A stretch of DNA of 63,146 bases, counting the filler, from Hausera hauseri (Eukaryota), in NCBI GenBank assembly GCA_046269625.1. It is 11 parts of 11 records of this genome, joined end to end, with 100 filler letters (N's around TTAATTAATTAA, not from the genome) between each part and the next. Parts side by side here need not be neighbours in the genome. Positions count along the whole stretch, not along the records: positions 6,659 to 15,686 come from JBJURY010483242.1; positions 15,787 to 20,786 come from JBJURY010365484.1; positions 20,887 to 24,912 come from JBJURY010809865.1; positions 25,013 to 29,163 come from JBJURY010733100.1; 7 more parts are not named here. The stretch is one strand, 5' to 3'. Below the pieces are notes generated by a model. That model saw only the letters and a program-made list of their open reading frames with translations. It was not told the origin of the DNA and made no database searches. Below are positions 13,650-25,339 of this stretch, in pieces. Within the stretch, counting starts at the first letter, position 1; every line of letters begins with the position of its first letter. A program made the position numbers and the translations under genes.

Positions 13650-14347
13650 TAAACAAAATCACCATCACGAATTCTAAATACGATATTGACTCTCGACTAC
13701 GGTACTGTGGTACGATTGGCACCCGATTGAAATCGAATGAATTCATTCCATCTGGAACTCGATTAGACTCCGCATCGGTTTTCAGCAGAGATTTGTATTT
13801 GTATGGGGTTAGAAGAATTAACGTGAGAAATTCGATAATATATCGACGTTGATAGACCATAATCGTTAATTCAAATGACTTTCGATTTTCTCGTTATTTT
13901 GACGTGCTGCAACGTTGGTAGAATTATATGGAGAAGAATATCTTTCTGTGCCATTGTTCTTTCTTCATTCAACGATTCAAACAAAAATGGCAATAATTTT
14001 ATACGATTGTCAATATCATATTTCTGGAAACACAGCTTTATATACATATGGGCGACATTCCTTGATGGAATGGACAAATTTTGGTCATTAAACAGATCTA
14101 TGAATGGCTCCAGTGGCATTTTCATTAGTCCCTAAGCACGAATTCTGTTGTTAATATGTATTAGCAATTCAAAAAGCTTTGGACGGCTTTCATTATTTTT
14201 CGAAACCTCAAAAAGAATAGGTTTAACAATACTGATCAAGTTATTTTGAAAATATCATCATCCGTCAATCGACAATTTGAAAGTAAGATTGTCGATGTCG
14301 ACTGATAAAAGTCCAGAAGTATTGAATATTTGTTTGGCAGTAGACAT
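13650..14347 (-). pseudogene. ECM29: Proteasome adapter ECM29/ECPAS N-terminal fragment
   Basis: KLFELLIHINNRIRA*GLMKMPLEP..YIKLCFQK..KLLPFLFESL..QKDILLHIILPTL..EFLTLILLTPY..VPDGMNSFDFNRV aligns by eye to the ECM29 N-terminus (ELLVHLNKRIK..QLPVE..YVKMGYPR..LMHLLIP..LLMPY..PPG); has stops and frameshifts. Confidence 0.75.
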
Positions 14348-14381
14348 GAAATTTTCTTTTGTCTTAACAATAGTTGGTTAC

Positions 14382-14774
14382 TTGCTGAAATGATTTAAAT
14401 TCCCGCAATTTAGCAACATAGGGTTCTAGAATATCCACTGTTTTCTCGTAAATCTGAATCCGATATGGTTGTTCATTTAATTTAATTGGAGGTAACTCAC
14501 AATAACACGAATGCCAAGTGTACAAAAACACCCTATTCTTTCCCCTACTGTAAAATTGTATGCAATTGTGACTGGACTTGTGCCTCTTCGGCGTAAAGTG
14601 CATGAACCATACGGAATGCTTCTCGGTCACCGAAATTCGTATCGAAATTCACTTGGTATTAATTGCATTGTTAACCGCCTGAATACAGGACACGTCATCC
14701 GGCAATGGTATGTCGTCGAGTGCTGTAACATTACGCATTTCATCGTCAAATGATACTTTGTATGATTTGCTCAT
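14382..14774 (-). pseudogene. CYFIP: CYFIP/Sra-1 first exon, decayed
   Basis: MSKSYKVSFDDEMRNVTALDDIPLPDDVSCI..NFDTNFGDREAF..LYTWHSC..NEQPYRIQIYEKTVDILEPYVAKL matches the CYFIP N-terminus; frameshifts and a stop; ends at a GT donor (14381). Confidence 0.88.
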
Positions 14775-15339
14775 CGATAAAACTATTCAGATCCTTGATG
14801 ACAATTTGCAATTAGTAGAAATCTTCTACAATTACATAAATTTCATAAATTTGTTTGTACATTATTATTCAATTGGATTATTAAAACAACGAATGATTCA
14901 TATGATTACTAATTTAACGGCTAAAGTCGGCGATTTTAATGTTAATCATTCTTATTTATTCACATAAACCAGATATTAATTGAATTTTAATTTTATTAAT
15001 AAATTCTCCAAGTTAAAGAAATGTGATGAAGTTAATGCAAGGCCATAACCAATTGCAATATATCATATATATATGAAATAATCAAGATGAAAACAGTTAA
15101 AATGAATAAAACTCTGATCTATATAGAAGGCTGTTATGAGTCGATGGTCATTTTGTTTTCCACCTTCCAAATTTTAGTACCAAAAATATTTGTGGTCACT
15201 CTCCTGATACTACCCCAAGTGTTTTAGCCACATCAACTTAAAATACATTATTTAACATGGGTTTTCATTTATATCAATATAAGTTTGTTTCATTATTAGA
15301 ATTTTTAAGTTCTTTACTATAGTCTTCTTCAGGAACCAC

Positions 15340-15686
15340 AGTATTTATGTTACTCTCTGGGATGTCTGTTTCCCTTAAAAAGGCTGGACCGTTCCACCAC
15401 GTCGTACTTGTAATGAGTTTCTCAACGCTAGTTCCTCTTGTGAGTAGGTCAGCAGGATTGTTCTTGCTAGAACAGTGGTGCCAGGAATCTTTGTCAGACA
15501 GGGATTGTATCTCCTTGATACAATTGGCGATGAATGATTTCCATTTTTAACTAGATCCCTTGATTCAATACAGCATAATCTGAGTCTGTCCAGAAGTAAC
15601 TGACTGACTGCATTTTTCTATCAATGACTTTTTTGATTTCACACATTAGCCTAGCGACGCTATCAATGCACTGAGTAATTTCAATC
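15340..15686 (-). mobile_element. BEL/Pao LTR retrotransposon fragment (RNase H region)
   Basis: Minus strand KWKSFIANCIKEIQSLSDKDSWHHCSSKNNPADLLTRG..WWNGPAFL, the Pao NPAD..RG..WW.GP signature. Confidence 0.88.
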
Positions 15687-15859
15687 NNNNNNNNNNNNNN
15701 NNNNNNNNNNNNNNNNNNNNNNNNNNNNNNTTAATTAATTAANNNNNNNNNNNNNNNNNNNNNNNNNNNNNNNNNNNNNNNNNNNNACAGTCTTATACTT
15801 CACATCGAGCTGTCCTTTATGAACAGACTTTTCAGCAATCTGGTGCTGACAATTTGCAG

Positions 15860-17141
15860 TAGCAAATTGAGAATTTTGCTTATATGGGTAGTGGATGGAA
15901 AATAGTTAGGATTTTAAAATACTGTTTTCACATGGTCAAAACAAGCCTGCTAGCTTATTTGTCTGGAAGGTCATATCTGCCAACACCTGAGGCTTTAAAA
16001 AATCCAATGGTCGTTATTAACGTACAGAATGACGGCAAATAGTTTTTCATACTGTGCTCTGTCAGTGACCAAATATTCTCTCTTTGATCATCATAGGAAT
16101 AGAGCTAGCAATTACATTCCTTATTTCAGCGAGCTGAAATATTCTTTGTTTGATATGCCTATGAAAATCTGTAATATAGGTAAATTTGAAAGACAAAATC
16201 TGCAATTTTCCATTAGTGTGTTGTTGTTTCACGGGGACTATAATGTGGATTTTGAGGAGCATATAGCAAAAAATCGTTGATGTATTGTATCGTACAAACA
16301 ATTCGTATGGTACTCTCGTAAATTTGCTCATTTTAGAAAATGATATCGACGTTCGCTATGTAGCTATACCTAATCTTAAGCGGTTATTGAAGATGGACAG
16401 TAAGAAAATCCGAATTCAATGTAAACATTGGTGTGAAAAATGTTTGCATGACTTAAGGTACGACACTGCTTACGCTAAGCATTTGCCAATGTGCATGTCT
16501 TCTGCCAAATGTATGAATTTGTATAAGATGCCGGAAAATAAATTTTCGAATTTAAGGATTGGGCCAAATCAATGAGTCCTCCATTCATTGTATACGCAGA
16601 TTTTGAATCGGTTATATGTCCCAACAATAAGGTAAAATATATTCATTTACTTGTTGCAGCCGGTGTCTTGTTAGTTTCATAAACAGGTAGGTGAAAATTG
16701 TATTGCCGGTTTTTTGGCTTCTTTCGAGGATGGTGTAAAAGCTTCATTTTTCTCTTCATATGAAAATGCTAAGAGGCCAATGATCCCATTAACCTCTGAT
16801 GAATGGCGTGTTATCTTTTTCAGGAAAATGGTTCTGACTGTGTTCGTGATCACTGCCATGTTACGGGTAAATTTGTGGATCCAGCTTGTAATAAATGTAA
16901 CATGGCACGTGAGATTAGGTATACTTTGCTTGAAATTTTTCATAATTTGCGTGTCTATGATCTTCATAATGTTTTAAAACACGCACTAAGTAAATTCGGT
17001 ACTTGGAACTTGATTGTTAATCCAATATCAACGGAGAAATTTTTAACCATGCAAGCAAATGTATAGTGTTCATATAAAAAGTCAGTTTCTATTAAGTTTC
17101 TAGACTCTTTGCAATTTTTACTGGCTTCACTTATGACTTTA
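15860..17141 (+). pseudogene. Protein-primed family-B DNA polymerase (Maverick/Polinton/adintovirus type), N-terminal half, degenerate
   Basis: GSGW, YLPTP..INVQND, IGKFERQN, VYADFES (ExoI), DHCHVTGKF..ACNKCN (EndoVII-like), FHNLRVYDLH (ExoII), KFLDSLQFLLASL; homology stops abruptly at 17141. Confidence 0.88.
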
Positions 17142-20100
17142 TGTTGTTGGTGGTACAGGGGTTAGCTTGAACCTTAATTGGTACCTAACATATAAATAAA
17201 ATATTAGTATGAATTGTTTAGCTGAATTAAATCCTATCATGCCGTTTATATCTGGTACCTTAAAATGACTTGACTCTACTTGTCTCATGTTATCCGAAGG
17301 TTTGTGAGTTTCTCATACTCATTCTGTGGTGCCATTTATAATTAATACTCAATCTTCGCTTCCACTAATTCACGACAATACAGATCGCAAATATCACTCT
17401 CCTGGCATCCGTGTTCTAATTATTTAATTTAATTCTAAAAGAATATAAGTCCAACACTTCAACAGAAATACTACGTAAGTTTTGATTGCATGGGTCGCGT
17501 GCACATGTGTATATACAACTCCTGTGGTATTCCGACATAAAAATGAGGCATGTATGGTCATGGTTAGATTTATGTCCTGTTTATTGTATTAAACCTATAT
17601 CCTGTAATTCATCATTCCAATATTTGTGGGGACACCATATCCAAACAAATTTCATCAAAAACGGAACGCAGAAATTTTAATAAAAATTCCGTTACTTTCG
17701 ACACAAAAATGTTGAAGTGTGTATTTTAAAATTTAACAATATCAAGTTGATGCATGTAATATGTAGATCTATATAGATGTAGAATATGTAGGAACGTAAA
17801 CCAGTTGAAAAGGTCGATAAAATGGACAGAAACTTCTACCGTAATAAAGCTCTTGTTGAATAATGAAATATGTAAATAAAAGTCATTTTGTACATATTGT
17901 AAATAAATTCTTAACTAAAAATTATACTTAAAACTTTTAAATTATCAAACCTAAAATAAATACTAATGTCTTCGGGAACGAGTCCAATTATATAATGAAA
18001 GTCTATCTGAATGTTCCTTCTTCATGAATTCCACCTGCTATTTTTCCTGACTTATACATAATTTATTTCTAAAGCGTGAAGGTTAGTAAACGTATGAATT
18101 ATTAATGCGCTTTCCTGACTCTTTTCTTAGTTACAAATATGTTATGCATCGTATATTTTCAGGGTTCTACCTATATAGGTCATTCGTCAGGAGGTACATT
18201 TGTAGCTACGAGCTCTGGCATGAAACAGTCTGATTTTAATATTATTCGTCGACTCTTTATGGTTCATGATGATTATAAGCCTCATTAAATATAAATCATA
18301 TAATTGTAATTTTACTATAAAGTTACTTAACACAGTTATGCGGTGTTCGTAGTTGAAAGCTTTCCAATCTTAGTGTTGAACCATGGTAAGTACCTACTGC
18401 TCCCTTGCAATTCCCCAATTTTTTACTATAAAATTAATTTCCAAGTAATACAGACACGCTTCGTATGCACGTACACGAATAATCATCACTCATAAACTCT
18501 TACGTCATACACCTCAGATATTTATACACGCGGCGGGTTTTCGTATCTCAGTCTCAATCGTCTCAAAGAAATCTATCGTAGCTTCAATCAAACCTGAAAG
18601 ACTATAATAATAATCGATTGATTAAAATATGAATATAGGTTCATGCCATAATCATCTGTATATTAACACCTTTCACTCACCCTTTTTACCTTAAATATAT
18701 TTTAACTCGGCTTCTCCTGTTCACAATCAAGACGGTCTCTGACCCAAGACTGCATTCTGGCTGTACTGATCAAGTCACGTTGACCCAATTGATTATTTTC
18801 GAACCGTAACGTTGACGTCAATTAAATTCTTATTAAACCGAATAAATATTCAAATTACCAGTTAAGTAATATCTACCAATTGTTAAATCAACTGTAATTC
18901 AAAACTATCGTGAGAAAACGAGCATATCATGAATTCGATATCTCTATTATTGACATTTACAATAAATTGGATGCTTATTACAACAAAGGGAATAACTGAA
19001 CCTTTCATTCCTTTGACAATAAGAAAAAGCGTTGTATCATTGTCTATTTCATATTTCTTATTCATCGTTACTAACATCACGCCGTCTTTCAGTATAGATA
19101 TTCAAAGACAATCTTTCATACGTTTTATGAGTATACCTCAACGAATCTTTCTTTGTACCCATCATGTGTCATCTCATTTATCTTCGGTAATTGCCCCAAT
19201 CACGGCAACGTATTGTCTCCCCGTTTTATTTCGTTTCGGAGATCATTTGAATCGCCCTGCTCGATAGTCATTGGTACTTTATCATTGTTCCTTCAATCAT
19301 TTCCAACAATGGACTCCAATTCACTCATTATCATTTCATCCAATTCATCAGATACCATGATAAAACACCTTTTCAAATTTAATATATCAAATATCTATTT
19401 TATAACAAATATACAGACAATAAAATACAAAATTGCAGCATTTATTAGGTAATGGATTAAATTAAGGATTATTACCAGTAATTCTCTCCATCCGTTGAGT
19501 GTGGTCGTGCTGTTCGGTCATAGTATCTGTTAAAATAGTTTTCAATTGATTAATAGAATAATTCTATGGATTGCAGTTCTTCTCTGGTCCAGGCAGTAGG
19601 TGCTTCTTAATCCTCACGATAAGTAGCTCTTGGTTTGCTCAACAATTAATCGGTTATTCTACAATTGACTCTGAAATTTATATGTATAACCGGTTACCAA
19701 CAGCAGTTCAATATACCTGCTATAGGATCACAAAATAAACGGTTTAAATTCGTAAGAAATTCTTCAAGAGTAAAAAGTGTGTAGTCTTACTAAAATGTTC
19801 GGTTTATATATCATGTTTCAATTCTTAAATTAGTCCGTGCGTCATTTCTTAAATTAGTTCGTACTTCATTCCCGTCATTCCTGTATTCAATTCTTATATT
19901 CAACTGCGTCATTTGTTTGATGCGTCATCCTTTTCGACTGCATTTCTAAATTTCGACTGCATTTCTAAATTTGGTCCGTGTGTTGTTTTGCATCATTCTT
20001 GTACTTTCAACTGTGTCATTATTTGATTCTATAAATTTGGTCCGTGTGTCATTCTTATGTTTTATTTTTAACTTGTAAGTGCAATTTGCACTTCAAATCC

Positions 20101-20616
20101 GTCATCGAGTATTTAAATTTAATTTTCGAAATTCATCGTCAAATGACTAATTCCGTGCGATTTATTTTTAACTTGTTAGTGCAACTTTCACTTCAATTTG
20201 CGTCATCAGTCGTTTGGTTTGCGTCATTGTTAGTGCAACTTTTACTTCAATTTGCGTCATCAGTCGTTTGGTTTGCGTCACTTTCTAATTTTGAATTCTA
20301 CGTCATTTTTATGAATCATGAATCATGCCATCCTTATTAATTTCGATTATGAACAATTCAATCCTAATTACCAACAATTGCCGCATATGGTTACAATTTA
20401 CTGATATTAAACAGTTACCAAGAAAATGACCATCAAGGGGTCTAAACATTGTGAAAGAAACAGAATACAAAATATACTGTATTTATAAACGAAGTACAAA
20501 ATATACTATTGTTCATCATTATGTCAGTAATTCATCATTATGTCAGTAAAATGTATAATTGTTTAACGTTATATCAGTGAGTCTATGGTTTGAATTTGAA
20601 TTAATCGATCTCAACA
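17142..20616 (-). mobile_element. Putative giant (3475-bp) LTR with a polypurine tract at 20617-20630
   Basis: Ends are TGTTG...CAACA; minus-strand AAAGGGGAGAGAAA abuts one end and the other end coincides with the pPolB truncation; internal TATA-like box (~19803-19810, minus) and tandem repeats. Confidence 0.65.
19830..20285. repeat. Degenerate tandem repeats rich in TGCGTCA (AP-1/ATF-like), including a ~54-bp direct duplication at 20174-20281
   Basis: At least six TGCGTCA copies; ttgttagtgcaact..tttgcgtca occurs twice. Confidence 0.75.
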
Positions 20617-20886
20617 TTTCTCTCCCCTTTGAAAAGGATTCGGTCCTCCGGATCACATTGAGTACTGACATCGATGAAACTGAGGTTTCTGGGTTTAATC
20701 GTCAAAGTTGCATCGTTCACTGGGTTCATCCAATGGCATAATCTTTGGGTTCGGTTGTCGTAGGTATAGGAGAAATGATAGTAGACNNNNNNNNNNNNNN
20801 NNNNNNNNNNNNNNNNNNNNNNNNNNNNNNTTAATTAATTAANNNNNNNNNNNNNNNNNNNNNNNNNNNNNNNNNNNNNNNNNNNN

Positions 20887-23200
20887 AAAACCCATTAAAA
20901 TAAATACCAATACTAGCATCACCATTCCTTTGCATAGGCGTAGATGTAGTAGGACCATTACCAACTACTGCCAGAGGAAATACATATGTACTTACAGCAA
21001 TACATTACCTCTCAAGATTTCCAATATCAATGCCAATGGTAATTCAAATTACGGATTTTATGGCCAGAAGTTTACTAGTTTATGTAATATTCGAATACGG
21101 AGTGCCAGTGACAATGATATCCCATAGAGGAAGTAATTTTTGCAGCGAATTGGTTGAAAAAATACTAGCAATATTAGGAGTCAACCATAAATTTACCTTA
21201 CCTTATCATCCTCAAGCCAACGGCGCGCGGAAGCCTTTAATAAACAATTTTCAATCATGATATCTAGTTACGCATATAATCATTCAGCCGATTGGAATCT
21301 GTATCTAAAGCCTTGTGTATATGCCTATCAACAAGGCCCCCAGACAATGACCGGAGAGTCGCCATACTTTTTACTGTGTGGTAGACGAGATATTATACTA
21401 ATTAATCTGGAATATAGACCTCCGCAATCACAACTGATGGAAGGATCCGATTATGCAACAATCCTACAGGAAATATTATAAGAAGCATGGATTAGAACTG
21501 GACTAAAAATTAAATACCACCAAGAAAATTATAAATATAAATATTATAAAAGGGCAAAACCCCACGCATATCGAACTGGAGACTTAGTTAATATACTGGA
21601 TAAGACCTGTAAACCAGGCGAAAGTCCAAAATTGAAATTACCGTATAAAGGACCATACAAAATACTACAAATAACCTAATCAATTTTAGAACTACAAAAC
21701 CTAGCCAAATTTAATAAAACCTCTTGGATGAGCGTGCAACTATGTAGACCAGTAGCCAGGAAACATAAATTGGAACAACCACCATCCTGTAAATACCCAT
21801 TAAGAAGTAGAATGTAATTAGATGAGAAGAATACGACGGGTACATTCATAGATTATGGGTCAAACTATACATTAACCACAACTGTAACCATAAGAAAAGT
21901 CAAAATAAAAGCAGTAATAGGTACAGGAGCAGCAAAAAATTATTTAAGTAAGACTACGATGGAAATTCGAATAATAGAAACACCTTTGACCAATAGCCCT
22001 GCAATGATTTTCGTAAACCGTTTTAATTTATATACTATAACCTTGATAACCTTAATACTACTCATAATATTTGGATGCACGAACGCCCAACCAACCTCAA
22101 CAATTACCACGACTAGCTACTGGAATAGTACAGTTGTACTATTGTTGATATCTGTATAGTGTATGTTTCCAAGTAGTATGAAAAACGACGAAGAAGAAGC
22201 ATGTAACCACTTTTTGAATGACCGAGCAAGAAAACAAGTACCCCTACCTTCAATAGCTAATACAGACACATATTTAGTATCTAGCATAACAAGTATTTCG
22301 AAGAAATCACCACGAAACACTTTACGAGACTTATCTAAACCTGTATTAACAGTTTCTATTTACCCTGACTTAACAGGAGTCCAAACAATGAATGAATTTT
22401 AGATACCTGCAAGTTATACCACTATAAATAAGAAATTGCAAGAGGCAGAAGAGAATATTAGACTCCTACAGTTTGCAGGTAACAGTATTAGATATTTGGA
22501 TGAAATTGCAAACGAGACAAGAGCTATGCATATACAAGACCTTCAAGAAAAGGATAGAAAACAACAATCTTCAGGAATAAAAGGCTATTCATCGTTCTCA
22601 TTGGGAACGTTATTCTTCATGGAGATATGTTTCCTACCCACGATTTATATAGCAAATGCAGCCGAGACTACATCAAAATACACGAGTTCCTCATGGATTT
22701 TAATAGTACTATAGATACTCTCATTATTTATGTTAAGTAAGCTTTCTATTGATGACAATAAGATTAATGAATTCTGGAAGATAATACGTATCCCAACATT
22801 CAGTGTGAATGGACATTTCAATAAAAGAGAATTCAAAACACTTAACGACAAACGTTGCGTATCAAATAAATCCCCCGTAAATAATACAGAAACTCCACCG
22901 GAATCCACTTACATTAACCAACCGACAGAAGAATACTCGAACTATCGAGAATTAACAGAGACCCTAAAGGAAATCTGCAAAACACAAACAATATCAGATC
23001 AAAACCACCGCAAGCACTCCGTATCAGATTTAATACATTACGTGCGTAGTTTTGATTGGGATCCGCAGGAAGGTGGACCGATGCTTGACGATAAAAATGT
23101 TTAGACTAAGAGAACATTGTCAACATTAGATTGTTCCTCTTACGGGGATGTAATGAAGTATAAACCCCTATTCATCGGAAGCGCACAAGAACGAACTTTT
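20887..23200 (+). mobile_element. Gypsy integrase (rve + GPY/F) followed by a long in-frame C-terminal extension, degenerate
   Basis: IGVDVVGPLP..GNTYVLTAI, YGVP..ISHRGSNFCSEL, PYHPQANG, TGESPYFLLCGR, YKGPYKI, YPLRSR; the downstream ORFs at 21959, 22163, 22436 and 22730 all share the frame of the integrase C-terminus. Confidence 0.88.
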
Positions 23201-23218
23201 CTTATTCATTTCTTAATT

Positions 23219-23746
23219 TTATTCCCTGGATTTCTCTCCCTCCATTTCTATTTTGCTTTTTTCCAATATATGAGCAAATGTGGATCTTCGGTGCTGTAAA
23301 GTTAGTTCTGTTTTTTTGGGTGAAGACTGATCTATTTTTTTACGCCCATGGATAACTTCACCTGAAGCGCTGGAATGGGCATCAGGTTTTTCATGATCCA
23401 TATCACAGTCCGCTGAATGATTACAATCTATGTTCTCGACGCTGGCATGTTCATGATTTTCATCATCACAATGTTCCGACTTCACAATAAAATCATCACA
23501 CGTCATTTCACCATTTTGACAGCTGTCTTCTTGTTCACGTTTGATATTTGAACATAAAGGCACAACACTAACATTTTCCGCAACATCAGCTCCACTCTCC
23601 ATATCACGACATTCATCAGTAGGTTTCACATTTCCATCAGTAAGTGATTCACTGATTTTTTTCTTTAACGTTTTAAAATGCTTGGCAGCTGGGCCCGTCA
23701 CTGTTTTATTATTCTCTGAATGTTTTAGTTTTCTTTTGGGTCTCAC
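23219..23746 (-). CDS. Hypothetical low-complexity acidic/basic protein fragment (host-like), unknown
   Basis: 175-aa ORF with an NLS-like RPKRKLK and a D/E/H-rich stretch; no family recognised. Confidence 0.3.
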   Translation of the reverse strand: MRPKRKLKHSENNKTVTGPAAKHFKTLKKKISESLTDGNVKPTDECRDMESGADVAENVSVVPLCSNIKREQEDSCQNGEMTCDDFIVKSEHCDDENHEHASVENIDCNHSADCDMDHEKPDAHSSASGEVIHGRKKIDQSSPKKTELTLQHRRSTFAHILEKSKIEMEGEKSRE

Positions 23747-25339
23747 AGTAGAAATTTTGCAGTTAGAATCTTGTGTTTTATTTGTGATAATTTGGCATTT
23801 CGCAGTTCTTTCCTGTAGGTCGGATCAAAGAGCACTAAATTGCGAAAAGGTCCTGATGAATGGCACCAGGGTTCCGCGCACCCATCTTCTGCAATATGTG
23901 CTTTTGTGAACCATTTGACCCTTTAAGCAAAATAGTCATTAGGTGGATCGGAAATTAACAATCCCCCCCCCCCCCCAGCTTGTGTGGAAGAAGAGCCTGC
24001 AAACTGAGCCTATTCCTGAGTCGGGGCACCGACTCCATTGGACTACGTGAAAGTAGGATTGTCAAGACCGACATAATGAAATACTCCAGGCCTTTCTCGT
24101 CAAAATTAATTTGATACAACATGCGTCTACTTGCCAAACTATCGCACCACTATTACGAATAACCGGACACAGTTTACGGATAACTGACCTGTCAACAAGA
24201 CGCGTCCAGACGGCTGGCAGCGTGACCGAGAAAATGTCTCACACAGAAACCTATTCCAAAGTGGCGCTGAGATCTAATCAAACACGTTCTGTCACCATTC
24301 TGCCCAGTTTCCGAATCGCGTCTCTTTGACGAGAAAGAAATGATCCGCAGTTTCCCTTGTAAATTTCCGAGCCATTATCTATAAAGTGGTACTCGTTTTC
24401 AGCAATCACGTTCAGAATCTGACCATTTCCACGCTGTTTCTATCTGGTATTAAATGAACGTGCTGAGCAATAATTATTATAAACTGATAGCAACTAGTGT
24501 TTTGATTTGTCTCACAGATTATCTCCCCTTGCAATTTTCATAGGACTCTATGGAGTACGGGCTGTCGTCGTCTAGGCATATCAATCAAGTTAGCCCCACC
24601 ATTCAGGAAGTCGTTTGGAAGAGATAGTGAACTTTCCACTGCCGTTTCAACGACACTCTAAATCATGGGCAAAGCAAACCTCTGGGCTGGGACCCGCCCC
24701 ACTCTATCACATAAATACAAACGTGAATGATCAATGATATTACATTCTCTAGAATCCCGAGGCCCCGGGTAACTATGTAGTGTGACTGTGAGTTAAGGCA
24801 ATGCTGGCTCTGTTGAGTTTAACAGCACATGAGTTAGGGACGTGTCCGGCTATGACCGCAGTCAGCGACATATGGTAGGCCCAAATGTCTGACTTTCTAT
24901 CCATTTCGTTGANNNNNNNNNNNNNNNNNNNNNNNNNNNNNNNNNNNNNNNNNNNNTTAATTAATTAANNNNNNNNNNNNNNNNNNNNNNNNNNNNNNNN
25001 NNNNNNNNNNNNTAAATGATAATAAAACAAAAGGCAAAAACAACGAACAATATACATTATTTATACAAAAACACAGATCACAATGAATTGCCACAGTAAT
25101 TTGATCTGTCTGTCTGCACCGAATTTTGCATGCGTGTGCGTGTTTTATTCCAAACGCCAATGTCCGTACGCCCAACTCTTATTTCACACCTATCCAGTTA
25201 CGCGTATCATCATTACATGATAAAATGACTTTCGCATTAATTATTGTATACAGCTGGTGCTGAATTGATCGGTGATCGTTTTAGACACAACAGCCACTGA
25301 TTGTCCTCCTTCTGCTGCTGCTGCTGCTTCATATATACA

